This document shows positions 23,613 to 37,294 of a stretch of DNA of 64,000 nucleotides, piece after piece. Made by a program: the position numbers and the translations under genes. Each line of letters opens with the position of its first letter. Position 1 is the stretch's first letter. The notes under the pieces were generated by a model that did not search any database, was not told where the DNA came from, and saw only the letters and a list, made by a program, of their open reading frames with translations. Source of the stretch: Bispira polyomma. Lineage: Eukaryota. The stretch is taken from NCBI GenBank assembly GCA_965649765.1, contig OZ287749.1:23188001-23252000 (forward strand), written 5' to 3'.

Positions 23613-26141
23613 TTACACATAAGTATCTAAGGTAAAAAATTCAATGGGTATGTCATGCATGATGAAGTTGTGTAGGAGTTCCTGTCTTATTGTGTTGTCA
23701 TAATGGTCTAATTCAAACCACCTAGATAGAGCGTCTGCTATTATGTTGTCTTTGCCAGGTATATGTCTGATAGTCAAGTCAATATTCATTAAGGCACAGA
23801 TCTGCCAGATGTTCCTTAAACACAAACCTAAATAGTCGTCCCTGGTTCTGGATGACTGTACGACAGACACCACAGCCATGTTATCCGATTGTATCTTGAT
23901 CTTTTTATTACTCCATTTGTGACCCCATAATTTGAAAGCTATGAGAATACTGACCATTTTGAAATGGACAATGGAAAGTGTTTGTTTAAGGAAGCATGGT
24001 AGAGGAGCTTTGAAAACCTCTAAACCAGAAATGCCACCGATTCCGGATAAACAAGCGTCGACTTGTAATGACACGTCATGTGAACTATTCAGGTATGTGT
24101 ATTTAGTTGTACCATTGAATTGTCTGAGAAAAGTTAAAAACCATTGTAAATCCTTATGAAACTCGCTTGTCAAAAGTACTGTTTTACTACTAGTAGACTG
24201 CCTTAATAAAGTTAACATTCTGTTCATGAATATCCGAGAATTCTTCACACAGCGCTGTATGTATAACAACTTTCCCAGTAGTGACTGGTACTTCTGTTTA
24301 CGTACTTTATGCAAGTATTTAAATTCCATACAGGTGTCAAATATGGAGTCTAATTTAGTTTGTTCAATACTGAGTGTTTGGAGGTCTATGTCAATAGTGA
24401 TGCCCATGCAAGTTACACGCTTACTGGGGGGAACTAGTTTCTTGGTATTAATAGGGAGACCTAGGTCTGCTAGGATTTCTTGCAAAGTAGTGTAAACTAA
24501 GTCAGCCTTATCTTCAGTCTCAACGAGTATAAAATCGTCGATATAGTTGTAAACTATATATCCTTTCTGTCTCATAATATAAGTAATACAATCAGAAATC
24601 ACCATAAAGGCCGCCGTGTCATGAGTGAGTCCAAAAGTGAGACTGAGATCAATGAAATAATTATTTTTCCAAAGGTAACCTAACTTTAAACAATCAAAAG
24701 GATCAATTCTTAAATTTCTAAATGCGTGAGCGATGTCCACTTCGCTAAGGTGGCCTTAGACGTTATCATATTTATTTTTAATTGTACAATCATTTACAGA
24801 TTGTCCAAGGGGGTGAGAAAGGTTTAGAACTAAACGACGCTGATCAATATCTTTAGGTACCGTTAATAAAGGTGAGCAATGTATATCCGCGTGAAGTTTT
24901 CCTAAAATAGGGCCCACTATGGTGCCCTTAGCTACTTCTGTAACGAAATACTTGTCAATGGCTTGTGGAAATGCCATAGCCGAATAATGGTTTTTGACAT
25001 TTATGACCTTCAATCTGTCCCTCTCATACAGAGATATAGGAAACCCGAATTCTACATACTGTAGAACGATTTGATCCGGATAATCGACTAAGTATTTCTT
25101 CCAATTGAGAACATTGAGATCACTTTTGATGGGGAAACGCGCTTGTCTGTAGTTTGGTACCTTAGTGGTCTTTATGATATCAGCTACTTCAAATAACTTA
25201 TCATAAGAAGTCAAGTCTACCTGTTGTCTGTCTGGTCCTATGAAGTTAAAATGGTTTCTCCCGTGAGGGATGAAGCCATAAGTTCTTTGGTCAGTAAGTA
25301 AAATGTCCTCATTCACAATTTCTTCCCTTATGGGCGAGTGCTGTATGTCATTGTTCTATAATACAACGTCCTGTGGAATGTTGGTTACTATATGTGTGTC
25401 CTCAGTTATTGTATGGTTCCGTGAAAGGAACTTGTCATTCACACGTGCGTTTATATGCTTGTTGTATGTTGTTTGCGTGGTTCGTCTACAAATGTTGTCA
25501 ATGATGGTAATATAATAATCAGAAGAAGTGATGTTTGTACGGGTATGGGTGACCTTCTTATGTTTTGGTAAAGGTCAAACCTTGCTATATGAAACAGTAT
25601 TTCTAACTAAAACAGGTACAGATACAGTGCAAACAAAAGTGATGGGCCACATTCTTTCTAGAGAGAGATCATGTTTCTGAAGTGACCATTGACCTTGAAA
25701 GAAAACCCAAGTGTATACACCTGACACACTGGAGTCAGCATTACAAACAATATAATACACTGGGCCTTTAAGGACATCATAACTGTGACTACTATACAAA
25801 TCAACCAAAAAAGAGGTTGCAATAAAATTACTACTGCCATGAACTTTTGCTGGAAATAACTTGTGACCAACAGGACATGAAGCGGAGTTGCTACTACACG
25901 AGACGTTATTTTGTCCATCTGTCCTGAATACATCACGAAAACAATCATTTAAGAACTGTCCATCCTTAAAGCTCATACTGTTCATAAAAATGTTCCTTTG
26001 GTTAACTAACTCAGAATTTTGCTTATTATACTCATGTCTTAAGTTCATGCTCTCAGAATGCTCCTGCTCTGCAATCTCGACATCCAGTTTAACATACTGT
26101 ATATAACCACTGGCTGTGGTGACTGTCGACAGTCCGCGCCC
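23613..26141 (-). pseudogene. E1 pol: unknown N-terminal domain, RT and RNase H (frameshifted)
   Basis: DIAHAFRNL, YIDD, and RNase H motifs DAC / SDN / NIIADALSR; split over ORFs 25575..26048, 24756..25316 and 23613..24740. Confidence 0.9.
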
Positions 26142-27509
26142 CTATTGGGGTGCGTTTGCGGGCACTGCAGGGCGTCCGTGAAATTTAAAACACTTGGATT
26201 CTGGATGTGCATTGTGCTTCTTATGCAAACGAAAACAATTGGCACAGATGTGTTTAAAAATGGCGTTGTTGCCCTCATGGTCTTTTTGATGCTGACACGT
26301 GTTCTTCTGATAGTGCCTGCATGGCATCTCATGCTTTCCGGTGGCCAAGGAGGAATTCGAGGAGGTTGAATTTGAAGATGAGCCGTTCGAAATTAAGGCC
26401 TGGGAATAGGACAGTCGGTTCATTGTCCACCTAGTTTCATCTACCCAGCTGAGGCGCCCCACTTCCACATTGTGCATGTTACATGCATACGAACCTCTGG
26501 CTACCTGCCAGGAGATATTAGAAGCATCTTTTAAAGTATCTTCTAACTGGATTAACATGGCGCGAGAAATAGTAGGGTTTCTCACTTCTAAGATGTTCTG
26601 CAACTGACCTGCAGCAAATTGTGACACAGTAAGCTCATTATAAGAAACTCGTTTCTTATTCACACCAGATAAACATGCTTCATTAGGCCAACGTTTCATT
26701 GGGTCGGTAACACACACTTCAGATACATTGTAGCGACCAAATTTGCGTTTAGTACTGAGCTTACCTTGAAGCGATTCGTCAGCGGCCCACGCCTCGTAAC
26801 GGGCTAATCGTTGTGAAACCTCGTTCTGTATCATAGCGGACTGCTTTAATACATCTGGAGTAGGCAGGATTGCATCCTGTAGCGACCTCTGAGCGTGGTC
26901 CTGTGTGTAACCCTCCCGTTGAGCTGTCAAATGGTCTGGTCGTGTTTATGGGAACTGAGTCTTGTAACGTGTCGGGTACGTGTCATGAGAAACGTGAGAA
27001 CGAAGATCGTTGACTCCTGTGTAATTCACTGCAGAGTTCTGAAACTGAGGGAAGCTCTGAGTAAATGGTCAAGAAGAGCCTATGTTTTGTGTAAAAGGTG
27101 CTGGAAGCTTAGGTGGAGCTGCCATCTGAGGCCTAATCGTCTGAGGTGTTGACGAGACCTGAGGGGAACATGAACGAGATGTCTTTAAGTCGGATACGTC
27201 TTCCTGTAATTTAGCTACCGTGGACACTAGTGTTTTCATCATAGACTGCTGCTCTGTGAAAATGTCTTTGTAAAACTGACCAAAACTCACGTGATCTTCA
27301 GAAATGTGACTCGAGTCGGCAACGGAGTTGAGCGTGCTGGTTTCACCTTCTGCTCCATGAACTTCAGTAGAAAAAACTCTGCTGGCTTTTGCCTCCGACA
27401 TAGCGTCTTCAATGACTAGACGACACCTATTACCCACTGGTCGAGGGTGTGAAAAATTACAGCGTGAACACAAAGCTACAGTCACTTGCTTCTTCTTCCC
27501 ACGGCCCAT
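26142..27509 (-). pseudogene. E1 gag-like ORF1 (interrupted between 27069 and 26930)
   Basis: N-terminal CSRCNFSHPRPVGNRC and C-terminal Cys/His fingers; homologous to the intact E3 gag. Confidence 0.85.
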
Positions 27510-27679
27510 AATAAGATATCCAATACAAAAGGCACACTATAAGATGACAGAAGTTAAAACTGACTAAAATCACTAAACGTAAACGTAAAATAATGTCTAA
27601 TAAATATAAAATAAGCTTGTTTCCATTCGCGCAATCACTTATTTCCAATATGGCAGCTCTATTTGCCGATTCCAATGTA

Positions 27680-27902
27680 ATTTCAAGGTGTTGCTACATT
27701 AACTTGCAACTTAATAATGACCAAATGTGAGAAAAGGCGGGAAATTGACTTAAACCTAAGGGATTTGATTGGTAGTGAAGTGAAAGAGGTTCTGGTCTAG
27801 GATTGGTGTATCTGGGTAAACAATTCTTAAGTAGGTAAATAATACAGTAAGGTATTACAACTTCACGACTGACTAGCCATGCTTTGCGAGCAGTGACTAC
27901 AA
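27680..27902 (-). repeat. E1 repeat A1 (putative promoter)
   Basis: Matches A2; two CCAAT boxes and TTTCCCGCC on the minus strand. Confidence 0.93.
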
Positions 27903-30843
27903 CTTTCTATCTCATAATTTTAAATAACTTTTTAAATGTTAACTAAATTTAAGATTGATGTAAACTCAATCTACCTCAAAATTAGGGCCACCTTCTATTG
28001 AACTCAGCTTAAGTTAGAGTCAACATCGTTTAAACATATACAAAGATTTTGAGAGTCACCGTTGTTGATAATTATAGTTTGGGGGCAATAACATTTTGCT
28101 GTCATACAAACTTTGTTATAATGGTTGGATCTTTTCAAAAACAGTGATTTGGACTAGACTTGTTTCAAAACATGCTCTTAGAAACATTTTCGTTCCTGCT
28201 CAAAGATGACATCATTATTAACCTAGTCAGATATGTTTTTGGTTTTTAATAATGTTTTGTAACAGCAGAGGTGTATTTGGCGAATTTAGCCATCACGACC
28301 ATAGAGGGGTCTGATTTTTTAGTTTGCCCTATTACAAAATATATTATATCAACCTTAATCCCTGGGGTCCAATTGACCAAGTTTCACTCTGTCTATCCAC
28401 CCACACACTTAACCATTCTCTTAAAAATATCAGGCTACTCCTGATTGAAAAAAACCCTCTGCTATTCACATATTTGTGAGAGTTATTAAATCTACCCATG
28501 CTGTTCCTGGTAGTGTTCCTGGTCCCATTAAGAAACAATGTTCATATTTCCCCCTAATTCCAACCCATTGTGTTACCTTTCACCCATTTCTATTGCATTG
28601 GCCATTACTATGTACACTATCAACAAGCTAATTAGTATCTTTGCTGTGCACACATAATTGCTAGAGTTATTAGTCTGCCCATGCTGGTCATCTTTATGAC
28701 CTGGTGGTTCTCCCATTAATAAACAATGTTCATATTTCTTCTAAATCTTAAACTCTGTATCTCAATGCTTTAATGTGGTTAGATTATTCTGATAATGTAC
28801 TTCAAGCTCTTAGTATATTTGTCATATGTGTGAGAATATTGTCATTCTGAGCTGACGGATAAAAACCAGACTTAGTTTTCAGATATCAGAAGCAACTCTT
28901 TTTAATAAAAATTGACCTTGTTCCCATGTAAGTCTTAGGTGGAGAAAAACTATTATCCAAGTCGTTCTACCAGTGTGTGAAGCTCATACTAGTAAATCTT
29001 AATCAGAAAGAAATATCTCAGCTAAACAAGTCAAGAGTAATTGAACAGGGGCACTGGTATGGACGTGTGTTTGTTGTGTGGAACCTAATGATTAATTTTT
29101 ATGACAGTACAAATAAAGGGATAAGATTACACATTCCAATTACCTTCACTTTTCCTTTGTATGTCTGTGTTTCTCGGTGTCTGCTAACAAATTATCGTCT
29201 GATCATTAAAACTAAATCTTATGTTTAACATTGGAGATAAAATCAACGGTAGTAAAGCCAAAAATATTAGTTATTTAGGTATATTTTTGAAGAATACAAA
29301 ACACAATACTGTATTACCATTGCACATTGTACATAAAGGTTGAGATATGGTGTAGCTGATCAACTCCTTATACCTTTTGACCTTAAGTCAAATCTTTATA
29401 TAAACATCCAATCTTCTGCTGATTCTTGTTCACATTCCTGCAAAAGTAAATGTGACACACAAATCATAGTTACACTAATAAACTCCTGTCTTGGGCAAAG
29501 TTTTGGTTACAGTTATTTTTGAATTTCTTCTGATAACAGATTCACGAGCTTTTACGGGAAAAAAACCTCTATAGTTATATTAAGTTTTCTGGGCCTATAT
29601 GCATCAGGGGGTAATTGTTTCTCAAAGATTTCATGTCCAGTATCCATTTCATTTCAGTGCAATTCTAATATTAAACTGGACCCTGATTTTAGGTATTGGT
29701 TAATTCGTTGCAGTATAAGATACACAATTTTGTGGAATTGGATTAAAGTGTCCTGTACAACGACCTTGTTTAAATGAGAATACATGTAAATGTTCAGAAT
29801 TAAAACCTTAATAATTGTCATGCAGGTTAAAACTAATATGATGTTTATAGGCAAGGATTTGTTTTTTCTCCATTGGATTTTTATTTACTCATTTTTCACA
29901 TCAGTGCGAGAATCTGGGAGGGCGAGGGTAGTCAACCCTCCATCAGATCTTTTTTACAAGTGCAGTATTGTTATAAATTCTTTAACAACATTTAAAAAAC
30001 TATATTAAGCTCTCCGCAATTGCATACCACTAAATTGGCCTTGGGGTAAGAAACATGGACTACCTAATTTTTTATATACTATATGCTGAACCTATTCAAC
30101 TCACCATAAGTGGCAAGGATTTTTGGCCCTTATCCCCAATGGTGGGCTAGCAAACCTTTGTGAGAATGCTAAGATATACTCAAGCATTTCTTCACTTAGT
30201 GGGATGCCAGTTAATGGTGCTCATTGGCTGTACTTTTGCAAATTGAGAAAAGGTAAATTAGAGCTCTGTGCCCTACCGTGCCTGGAGGTACTGTACTGGG
30301 TATACAGGTACAGTGCAATTATTAACATGCTGTAAACGGAGAGCAAATGATAATATAGTGTCTTAGAGGACTTTTCATCACTTTTATACTCGTTTAATTA
30401 TTTTTAACGTTATATGGGCCTAATGCATGAGAATAACATATATAGATATCCAAAGCTTGTTGCAATCTCCAAAGAAACAAATATCAGTTATCAAGACAAA
30501 CATAAAAATAATCACTTTAGGAAAAGTAATTTTGAGCCTAAGGTATGTTCTAATTTCTGTCCAGTCGTTTGCTGTTATACTGGTTTACTTGTCGGGGTGA
30601 AAAAAGAAGTCAAATGCCTGGTATTTTAGCTGCCTTCATGTTTTTAATAGACTGACATTGTGTATTATAATGAATACATGCCGGATGATGTATCTAAGAA
30701 ACTAATACAAATACACTAGGTATCTCCAGGTAAATTAAGTTATAAAAAACCCAGGGGCGATATTCAGCAAACGTCTCAGTCTTAACTTAGTCCTAAAGAT
30801 TTTGGTCTTTGTTTTTTGACTGACAAGGTTACGATTTTTGTCT

Positions 30844-31859
30844 CAGTCGCTTTCAAAAGTGGGTATATGACCTTTAAGGTCAGAAGTGATGACCTTGCAG
30901 GTTAGGAATTATGATTGTGACCTTGAGTTGATCAATTTGATGCAGTTTGGGACAAATTATTTTGTCATCAAAATTTCTATATACAGCTCTATGCAAAAAT
31001 TTTAAGGTTAAAATTTTTAGAAAATGCCTGTCATATAAACATGGCAAGTAATTACTTGGGGTGTAAGTTCCCCTTACAAATAAAATAATAAAATTACTTT
31101 AAAACATGCCTTATAGCAAGTATGGCCAACCTAGGCCTATGACAAGTAGTAAATATTAAGAACATTTATATTAGGCATACGTAAGCCTTGTAAATAAAAT
31201 GTTACTAAGCATACGGCTTGATGTGAGTTCTTGTACTCAAGTATTATTTGTGGTATGTGCTAAACGCTAATATATGTGTTTTCAAGATGGCCGTTGTACA
31301 GCCTACATTTATGTCAAGATTGGCTGTCTTACAGCTTGTAAGTGATGAGCCATTTGTGGTTTCAGGTAACTTTGCTGTTTGCCAGTACATTATGTTTAGT
31401 GATAAGTCAATTTCTATCTCAAACAAAATCTCCACCCAGATTGGAACCCGGGTCCTATGGCACCTATTCGTGTAGCAGTGAAGGCCCTCAGCTGCAGAGC
31501 TTTAATCGCCGGTAGCCCACACCAGGGGGTAGCTGCATGCTGAGGACCAGCACCACATGGATCCGGGGTCGGATCTGTTGGTTTGGACACGTGAGATATA
31601 TATAAAGACAAGTTTCTCGACCATACTAAGTTAAGGGTGGTGGGTAGGGTCAAATTTTTACTTGTTGTCTCGTTGCTTTCAAAGTTTATAATGCTAACAT
31701 AAAGGGAAAGGCGGGAAATCACCCAGGAATCGAAGTATTTGATTGGTCTTAATCTGCCAACTAATTGGCTTTAGGTTGGTATACAAATAATCTTACAGTA
31801 CACTTCTACTTTTTAGCGCCTGAAATGCCATGCAGACTTAATGTCTGCAGTGACGTTCA
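30844..31859 (-). mobile_element. E2: solo A-spacer-B unit of a Ngaro-like element (no ORFs)
   Basis: Starts CAGTCG like E1; B motifs GATGCAGTTTGGG and AAAATGCC; structured core closely matching E4; G-rich tract; GGCGGGAAA and CCAAT; ends GCAGTGACGTTCA. Confidence 0.85.
31444..31570 (-). ncRNA. Putative structured RNA in the E2 spacer
   Basis: Aligns without gaps to 60010..60136, with compensatory and G-U-preserving changes in the stems. Confidence 0.7.
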
Positions 31860-32761
31860 TAGTCCCAGTGACAGTAAAATATACTTTCTCAGTGTTAACA
31901 CTGAGACAGTAGGCAGTCTCAAATATTTTAGACATAAATGGTAAGCTTTAGACTAAGGTAAGAGTAAAACCTTTTCTTTATACGACCCCAAGTAATTTAG
32001 AAAAGAGGGAATTTTCTTACAATTCCCATTTTTTTTTTTCTTTCCAGGAAATCTGACCACTTTCACCTTTTGTGTGACTGTTACATTAGAGGAATAGCAG
32101 CAGAATTTATGAAAGTTGCCATGGCAGCAAGAAAATGTCACAAATAAAAGCATTTCTAACTGGTGGTTCTGGAGATAAAACCAAAGATATGTAGCTTTCT
32201 GTTTATTGCAACAGTCCTCTTTCAATATAGAAGTAAAGTAATAAATATACCTTGGACATAGAAAAGGGGACCAAGAAAAAAACCTTGGACAAAGGGTGAT
32301 GCTATATTGTTGGCAATAGGTCGTTTTTTTAATTTCTGGACCCAAGCAAGCCTTTGCATTTTTATATGGCTTTTTAAAACTTATACTAATGAGAACGTGC
32401 GATGTAGTAAAATCAGTTAAGGTATCATTAACAGGCATAAATGTAGGATATAACTGTCAATCACACACCCACATTAAAATTTAACTAAAGGTCCAAGGTC
32501 AAGATGAGAAGGTAAGTTGAAGTGACATTAGTAAAACTTGGAATAAAATACTGACAGGTCTGCCACTGATCTTACAAGCTCCCATCAGGATATATATCTG
32601 ACTGCTATTGAGATCTGGGGCTGATGTCTTTGGTATTTACTGGTGGTATCACCTTTGTGGGGAGGGGGGGGGGGGGGTGTGCAGGTGGTCTCTATGAGAT
32701 TGAAGGTCCTGTGTGACTAGGATTAGTGAATAAAGGTCACTGTGTTAATGTTGTGATGTCT

Positions 32762-32995
32762 GGGGCCATATTCTCGAGGGTATACTTAGGTCCAACTCAT
32801 ACTCAACTCACATCTGGATTTTCTACAACCATGGATACAGTAAACATATCTAAAATTTGACTCCATATTTAAATTCAGTGTTAAAAATTATATTGAAATT
32901 AATTGTCACATGTATAGATTATTTCCATGTACTTGGAATTGCACACACCAGTTGAGTTGAGTATAAGTTTAAGCATTTTTTGAGAATACCAAGCC
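32762..32995. mobile_element. MITE-like insertion
   Basis: Imperfect inverted ends (TATTCTC..ATACTCAACTCA / TGAGTTGAGTAT..GAGAATA); absent from duplicate copy A. Confidence 0.55.
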
Positions 32996-34823
32996 TAGTG
33001 ATCACTCCCAAGCCCTGCAGGGGACAAAAATAAGACCTTAATGAGATTTGACATGAATCCAGTTTGTGACATTTCAACATGATTTTAGTTCTCAAAAGTG
33101 GAAGAGCGGCTTTATAAAGGGTGAATAAGACATGAGGCATTGAGTTATTAAAAGCATAAAAGTAACCTTAAACTGTAGTAAGGTGAACTAAGATGTCAGG
33201 AAATAAAAGAATACTGACATCCAAGTTAGTTATATCAGGAAAAATACCCATCCGCAAAGAGAATATTGTTGGTGTCCATGCTTTATTGTGACAGACAAAA
33301 GTTAGATCTACAATATAATTTGTACAAAAAATTATTAAATATAATAAATCAGTTGAAGGGAATGATTACCATTAAAAAGATGGCAAACTACATTCAGGAG
33401 TTTTATTCATGAATATCATAAATGCTTCTATGGCCCTTAAAGCTGCTGTAGGTCAATTACAGTGAATCACCTCATGCCAACAAACCGAACAGCCCTTCAT
33501 ATGCTGCCTGATTGCTTCTATTTCCACAGCACGTCACCAGAAGGATTTTGGACACAAAGTGACACTTTCACTCAGCCAGTTATCCCTGTAAATAACAATT
33601 GTCCATTATTGAACATAAAAAACTCATACTAGAATAATATGACTTAGTTATAGTTCATTACCCATAATGGCGCTCAAGATCAGATTCAGGATGGAGAAAG
33701 GAAATGTGACCTGTAGGCTAGAAGTAATGAGATAAATTGGGCTTTCTGTACAAGCAAGTATTTACATGGAAAAAGTTTATTCCACTTAGACTTTCCCCAT
33801 ATAAAAAGTACGGTTATTTGTAATATATATATACATAAAAATATCAAACACCATCTTCTTCTTATAATAACATGTCTCACTAAGTTTTTCATTTAATGTT
33901 TGCAAAAGGGGGAGGGGGGGAGAACAAAAAGTTAATTAATGTGTCATTTTTGAGTTACATGTTAGCCTATAATACTGCACATTATTGGTTGAATTTTTTG
34001 GTTGAATAGAATAAATGGATTGCTTATTTATAAATGTATTCCATCCATTGTGTAATTTGGTTATTAATATTTCACTTTAAGGTTATCCTACATCCAAACT
34101 AGTGAATGTCGTACAACTCTTTCAGTGCACAGGCACCATCATCAAGTGATTATTACTGACAGGTACAACTTCAACAACAAGATGAATAATTCAATGGATA
34201 TTATGATGTATTTCTAATAAGTTTCTTACAAACAATAATGAGCTTCACAGCAGATACTTGGCACTCCTATTTAAGAGGGTGGCCAATGAGTTATATAAAC
34301 AGTCACTGACTTTGCTAGTAACTGTATTTGCAATGTAAAATGTTTATGGACTTTCCCTGTTTTTTTGGTGTGTGTTGTTTTCGTGACCAAGGGTCATGGG
34401 AGAAAAAAAAGCAATTACCTACCTCATAACCGGGGAGTTTACAATGAGAATTTTTTTTTTTTGCTTTTGACACCAAAGTAATGTTAATAGAGTGTCCTGT
34501 CTTATAAACGAAAAAAGCCCTTAAAGATATATTGACATCACTTCAGTACATATACTTCATAACAGAACTAGAACATGAGCACAGAGTAGAGTATACACCT
34601 CCGACATATAATACAAAATATGAAAAGCTGATAGAATGAGTAGATGAAAAACTATTTTGGATCTGAATCTGCTCTAAAATTTAATGTATTTCTTGACCCA
34701 TGCCCTAGCCCTATTGTTATTATAAAGTGTATTTAATTTTCTACATAATTGAATTTAGTTGAGTTTTACGTAGACCAAGTTTTCTGCCACCAATGACGGA
34801 CGTATAGCTGATTGGCGACAGAG

Positions 34824-35063
34824 CGGCTACCATAAGCAAAATGTTGTAAATCCCACTCGGCATACATAGAGATACAATCTGGTTGAAATAAATACATATT
34901 CCCATTGCTTTTATATGGTATAGTAGCCGATTTTCTGTTATTTCATGCTCACATGGTACATATTAATTATAATAAAATAAAAACTAAAAAAGCATATATT
35001 GGCACAACTCTGTCGGCCATTTTAAGTCAGGCTAAATTTACAACATTTTGCTTATGGTAGCCG
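34824..35063. repeat. 28-bp perfect inverted repeat (MITE-like)
   Basis: CGGCTACCATAAGCAAAATGTTGTAAAT and its exact reverse complement. Confidence 0.75.
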
Positions 35064-35149
35064 TTTTTGTGTATTCCTTCATCAAAATAACAGCAAGGAA
35101 TTTCGCTAAATAGGGACAGATTATTTGGTCTAGGTTTTACGTAACTTTA

Positions 35150-35330
35150 GTCACAGCTTAGGCCATATCAAGATGGTCAGATTTAATGGTGGAAAAAACC
35201 CAGTGCCAAAGCACTGTAAACCAGCGGCATACAGCAAAGTACCTGACATACTTACCCATGGAGGAACACACTGGATTCGAACTCACATTGGTGAGAGAAC
35301 AGGGATTGTGAAGCTAATGTTTATAACCAT
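35150..35330 (-). mobile_element. Degenerate SINE
   Basis: B box (GGATTCGAACTC on plus); shares ATTTAATGGTGGA..CACTGTAAAC..AGTACCTGAC with 57630..57820. Confidence 0.55.
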
Positions 35331-37294
35331 CATATGATAGTGTATTACTAAATAATGATTTTAATTGTTGCGCCTTAGAGCCAGCCAGTACGGAGATTAA
35401 GCGCCATTACGAAATTGATTAGATTAGATGATGATAAGACCCCCGATGTGGCGGTGTACGAATAAATAGTACTAATGGGTGACAGGATACAGTGATTACT
35501 GCACAAGGCACAATTTGATGATGATTCTTTGGTCAAAAAGGATAATAACTAGAATATAATCAGTAACAATTCACATATAAGTCTGTTTAAAGCTTTTAAG
35601 AGTAATATTACTCTGATTATGGTACCTCTACTCCTTAATGCATCCATCTAGAGTGCTAATTAATGCATTTACAACCCTTGCTTGGTCTTATTACAAATGT
35701 CATTGAATTTTAAACTAAGTTATTTATTTTAAGTTTCAGAATGACCCAGCTATTCAGATTTGCAAAAATGATAAAAAAAGTGATATATTTATGTACAATT
35801 ATTCTGCTAAATCATGTTTATTATAAGGTACATGAGTTTTAATTATTCTATTATCTTATTGCCTATTCTCTTCAGAGAACCAAAACCATTGTATTTTTTT
35901 GTGGCAAAATAATGCCCCAGCATTTACCCCCAGCATTTACCAGGGAAATCAAATTCATTCTGAATTTACTAATGTCAATCTATCCGTATCAATTGGACAC
36001 AAATTAATTGCATGTTCGTGATTTACTTCTGAATCCCGGGAGAGTATTTCCCTTTTATATTGCAGCATGAAGGTGGCTCATTCACAAGATGAAAGGGTTC
36101 ATGACCCTTAGTTGGTAATTACTGTCCTACCAAAAGAAAGTGATGTAGAAAAAAATGTCACATTAAATATCATGGGGGGTCTCACAGTTAATAGCTGTAC
36201 CATTTAACTTTTCGGGAACCCGTCCTCATGCCTTTACAATATACCTAAGTTTGAAAACTTAAATTTGTTTGGAAAAACTGATTCAAAGATTTAAAATGCT
36301 CCAATCTCCTGTTTTTATTGCCATGGCAAATGACAAATAAACTGCTTACTCACAGAGTAGAATATTTGAGCTCAATGCTAATCCGAATACTATTAAGTAG
36401 TTTCTGCGGTAGTTTTTCTTGCAAGCTAGTTAATTTGTCAAATAATTTTTTTTGGGTTAATCCCCATGGTCATGTGTCTTTCTCATTCTATACCATTGGT
36501 AACTACGGAACTTAAAGTTCAGCATTTTAGTATTTGCATGAACATAATTTTAGTCCATATTTAATTTCTCCTAATTCACAAATACTCACCTGATAGTCAA
36601 ACTGTATTTATAATTAAAAGTCACTTGGAACCATTTATAATGGGAAAATAATCGAGTCCACTACCATATTACATTTTACTGCAGTGGTTAAGCCAATGCT
36701 ATAACGTATTAATGTAATCTATGTTGCCATTGCTGGAAGAAGTTTTACTCAAAGTCTTAGTTGAGAATTGTTTGTGTCTCTGAATAATCACCTGGACGAC
36801 ATATATGGTGGAAGTCAATATAATGGGGTAAAATGTGCTCATTCTACCAAATTAAAATCTTTACAGAACAAAACTAAATATAAGAGTAAAATCAAATAAC
36901 CCAGAAAGTAACAATATGGGGCAATTCAAGAAAAGGCACTCCCTGGTTAGCTTTGCTTTACTCTGGGAGTAATTCTGGTGTCTTTCATTTATACCTTTAA
37001 TAAAATCTTTGTAACTACTAAGTGTCAGCTGTCACTAAAAACATCGGTAATTAATTAGTGACAAGTTTCTTATCTAAAATTGTGTTCTTCTTGACATTCA
37101 TTAATTTTTGGTAAACAATTATTTTAAGAACGCGCAATTGAATTAATATACTTTAGTTAAAACAAATATTCTACAATAAACATCAATAATAGCTGATATG
37201 TAATAGTGGTGGTGAAATAATGAGTTTATTGATGTTGCAGTGGCACATGGTTTCAGTCACAACCACCAGTTTAGTCAACCTTAACACCCCCCTC

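Larger units (their letters stand above)
21461..27902 (-). mobile_element. E1: full-length Ngaro-like YR retrotransposon, A1-gag-pol-YR-B1-A2-spacer-B2
   Basis: Split direct repeats (A1 27680..27902, A2 22216..22437; B1 22438..22619, B2 21461..21643; about 3 differences per pair), gag/RT/RNase H/YR ORFs, and an empty site in the paralogous copy near 12266. Confidence 0.93.
30754..31989. mobile_element. MITE interrupted by E2
   Basis: Imperfect TIRs GGGGCGATAT..TCTTAACTTAGTC / GACTAAGGTAAGA..ATACGACCCC. Confidence 0.55.
19500..34218. repeat. Tandem segmental duplication, copy B (expanded by a SINE, E1, E2 and MITE insertions)
   Basis: Collinear with 11245..18988. Confidence 0.85.

Noticed and set aside
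23932-27152. Plus-strand ORFs antisense to E1 (and similar ones over E3 and E5)
   Set aside because: Shadow frames of real coding sequence, not conserved between elements.
21461-27902. DIRS1-type (inverted terminal repeats) or PAT-type assignment
   Set aside because: The repeats are split direct repeats, and pol ends right after RNase H with no methyltransferase domain, which fits Ngaro-like best; an RT phylogeny is needed to confirm.
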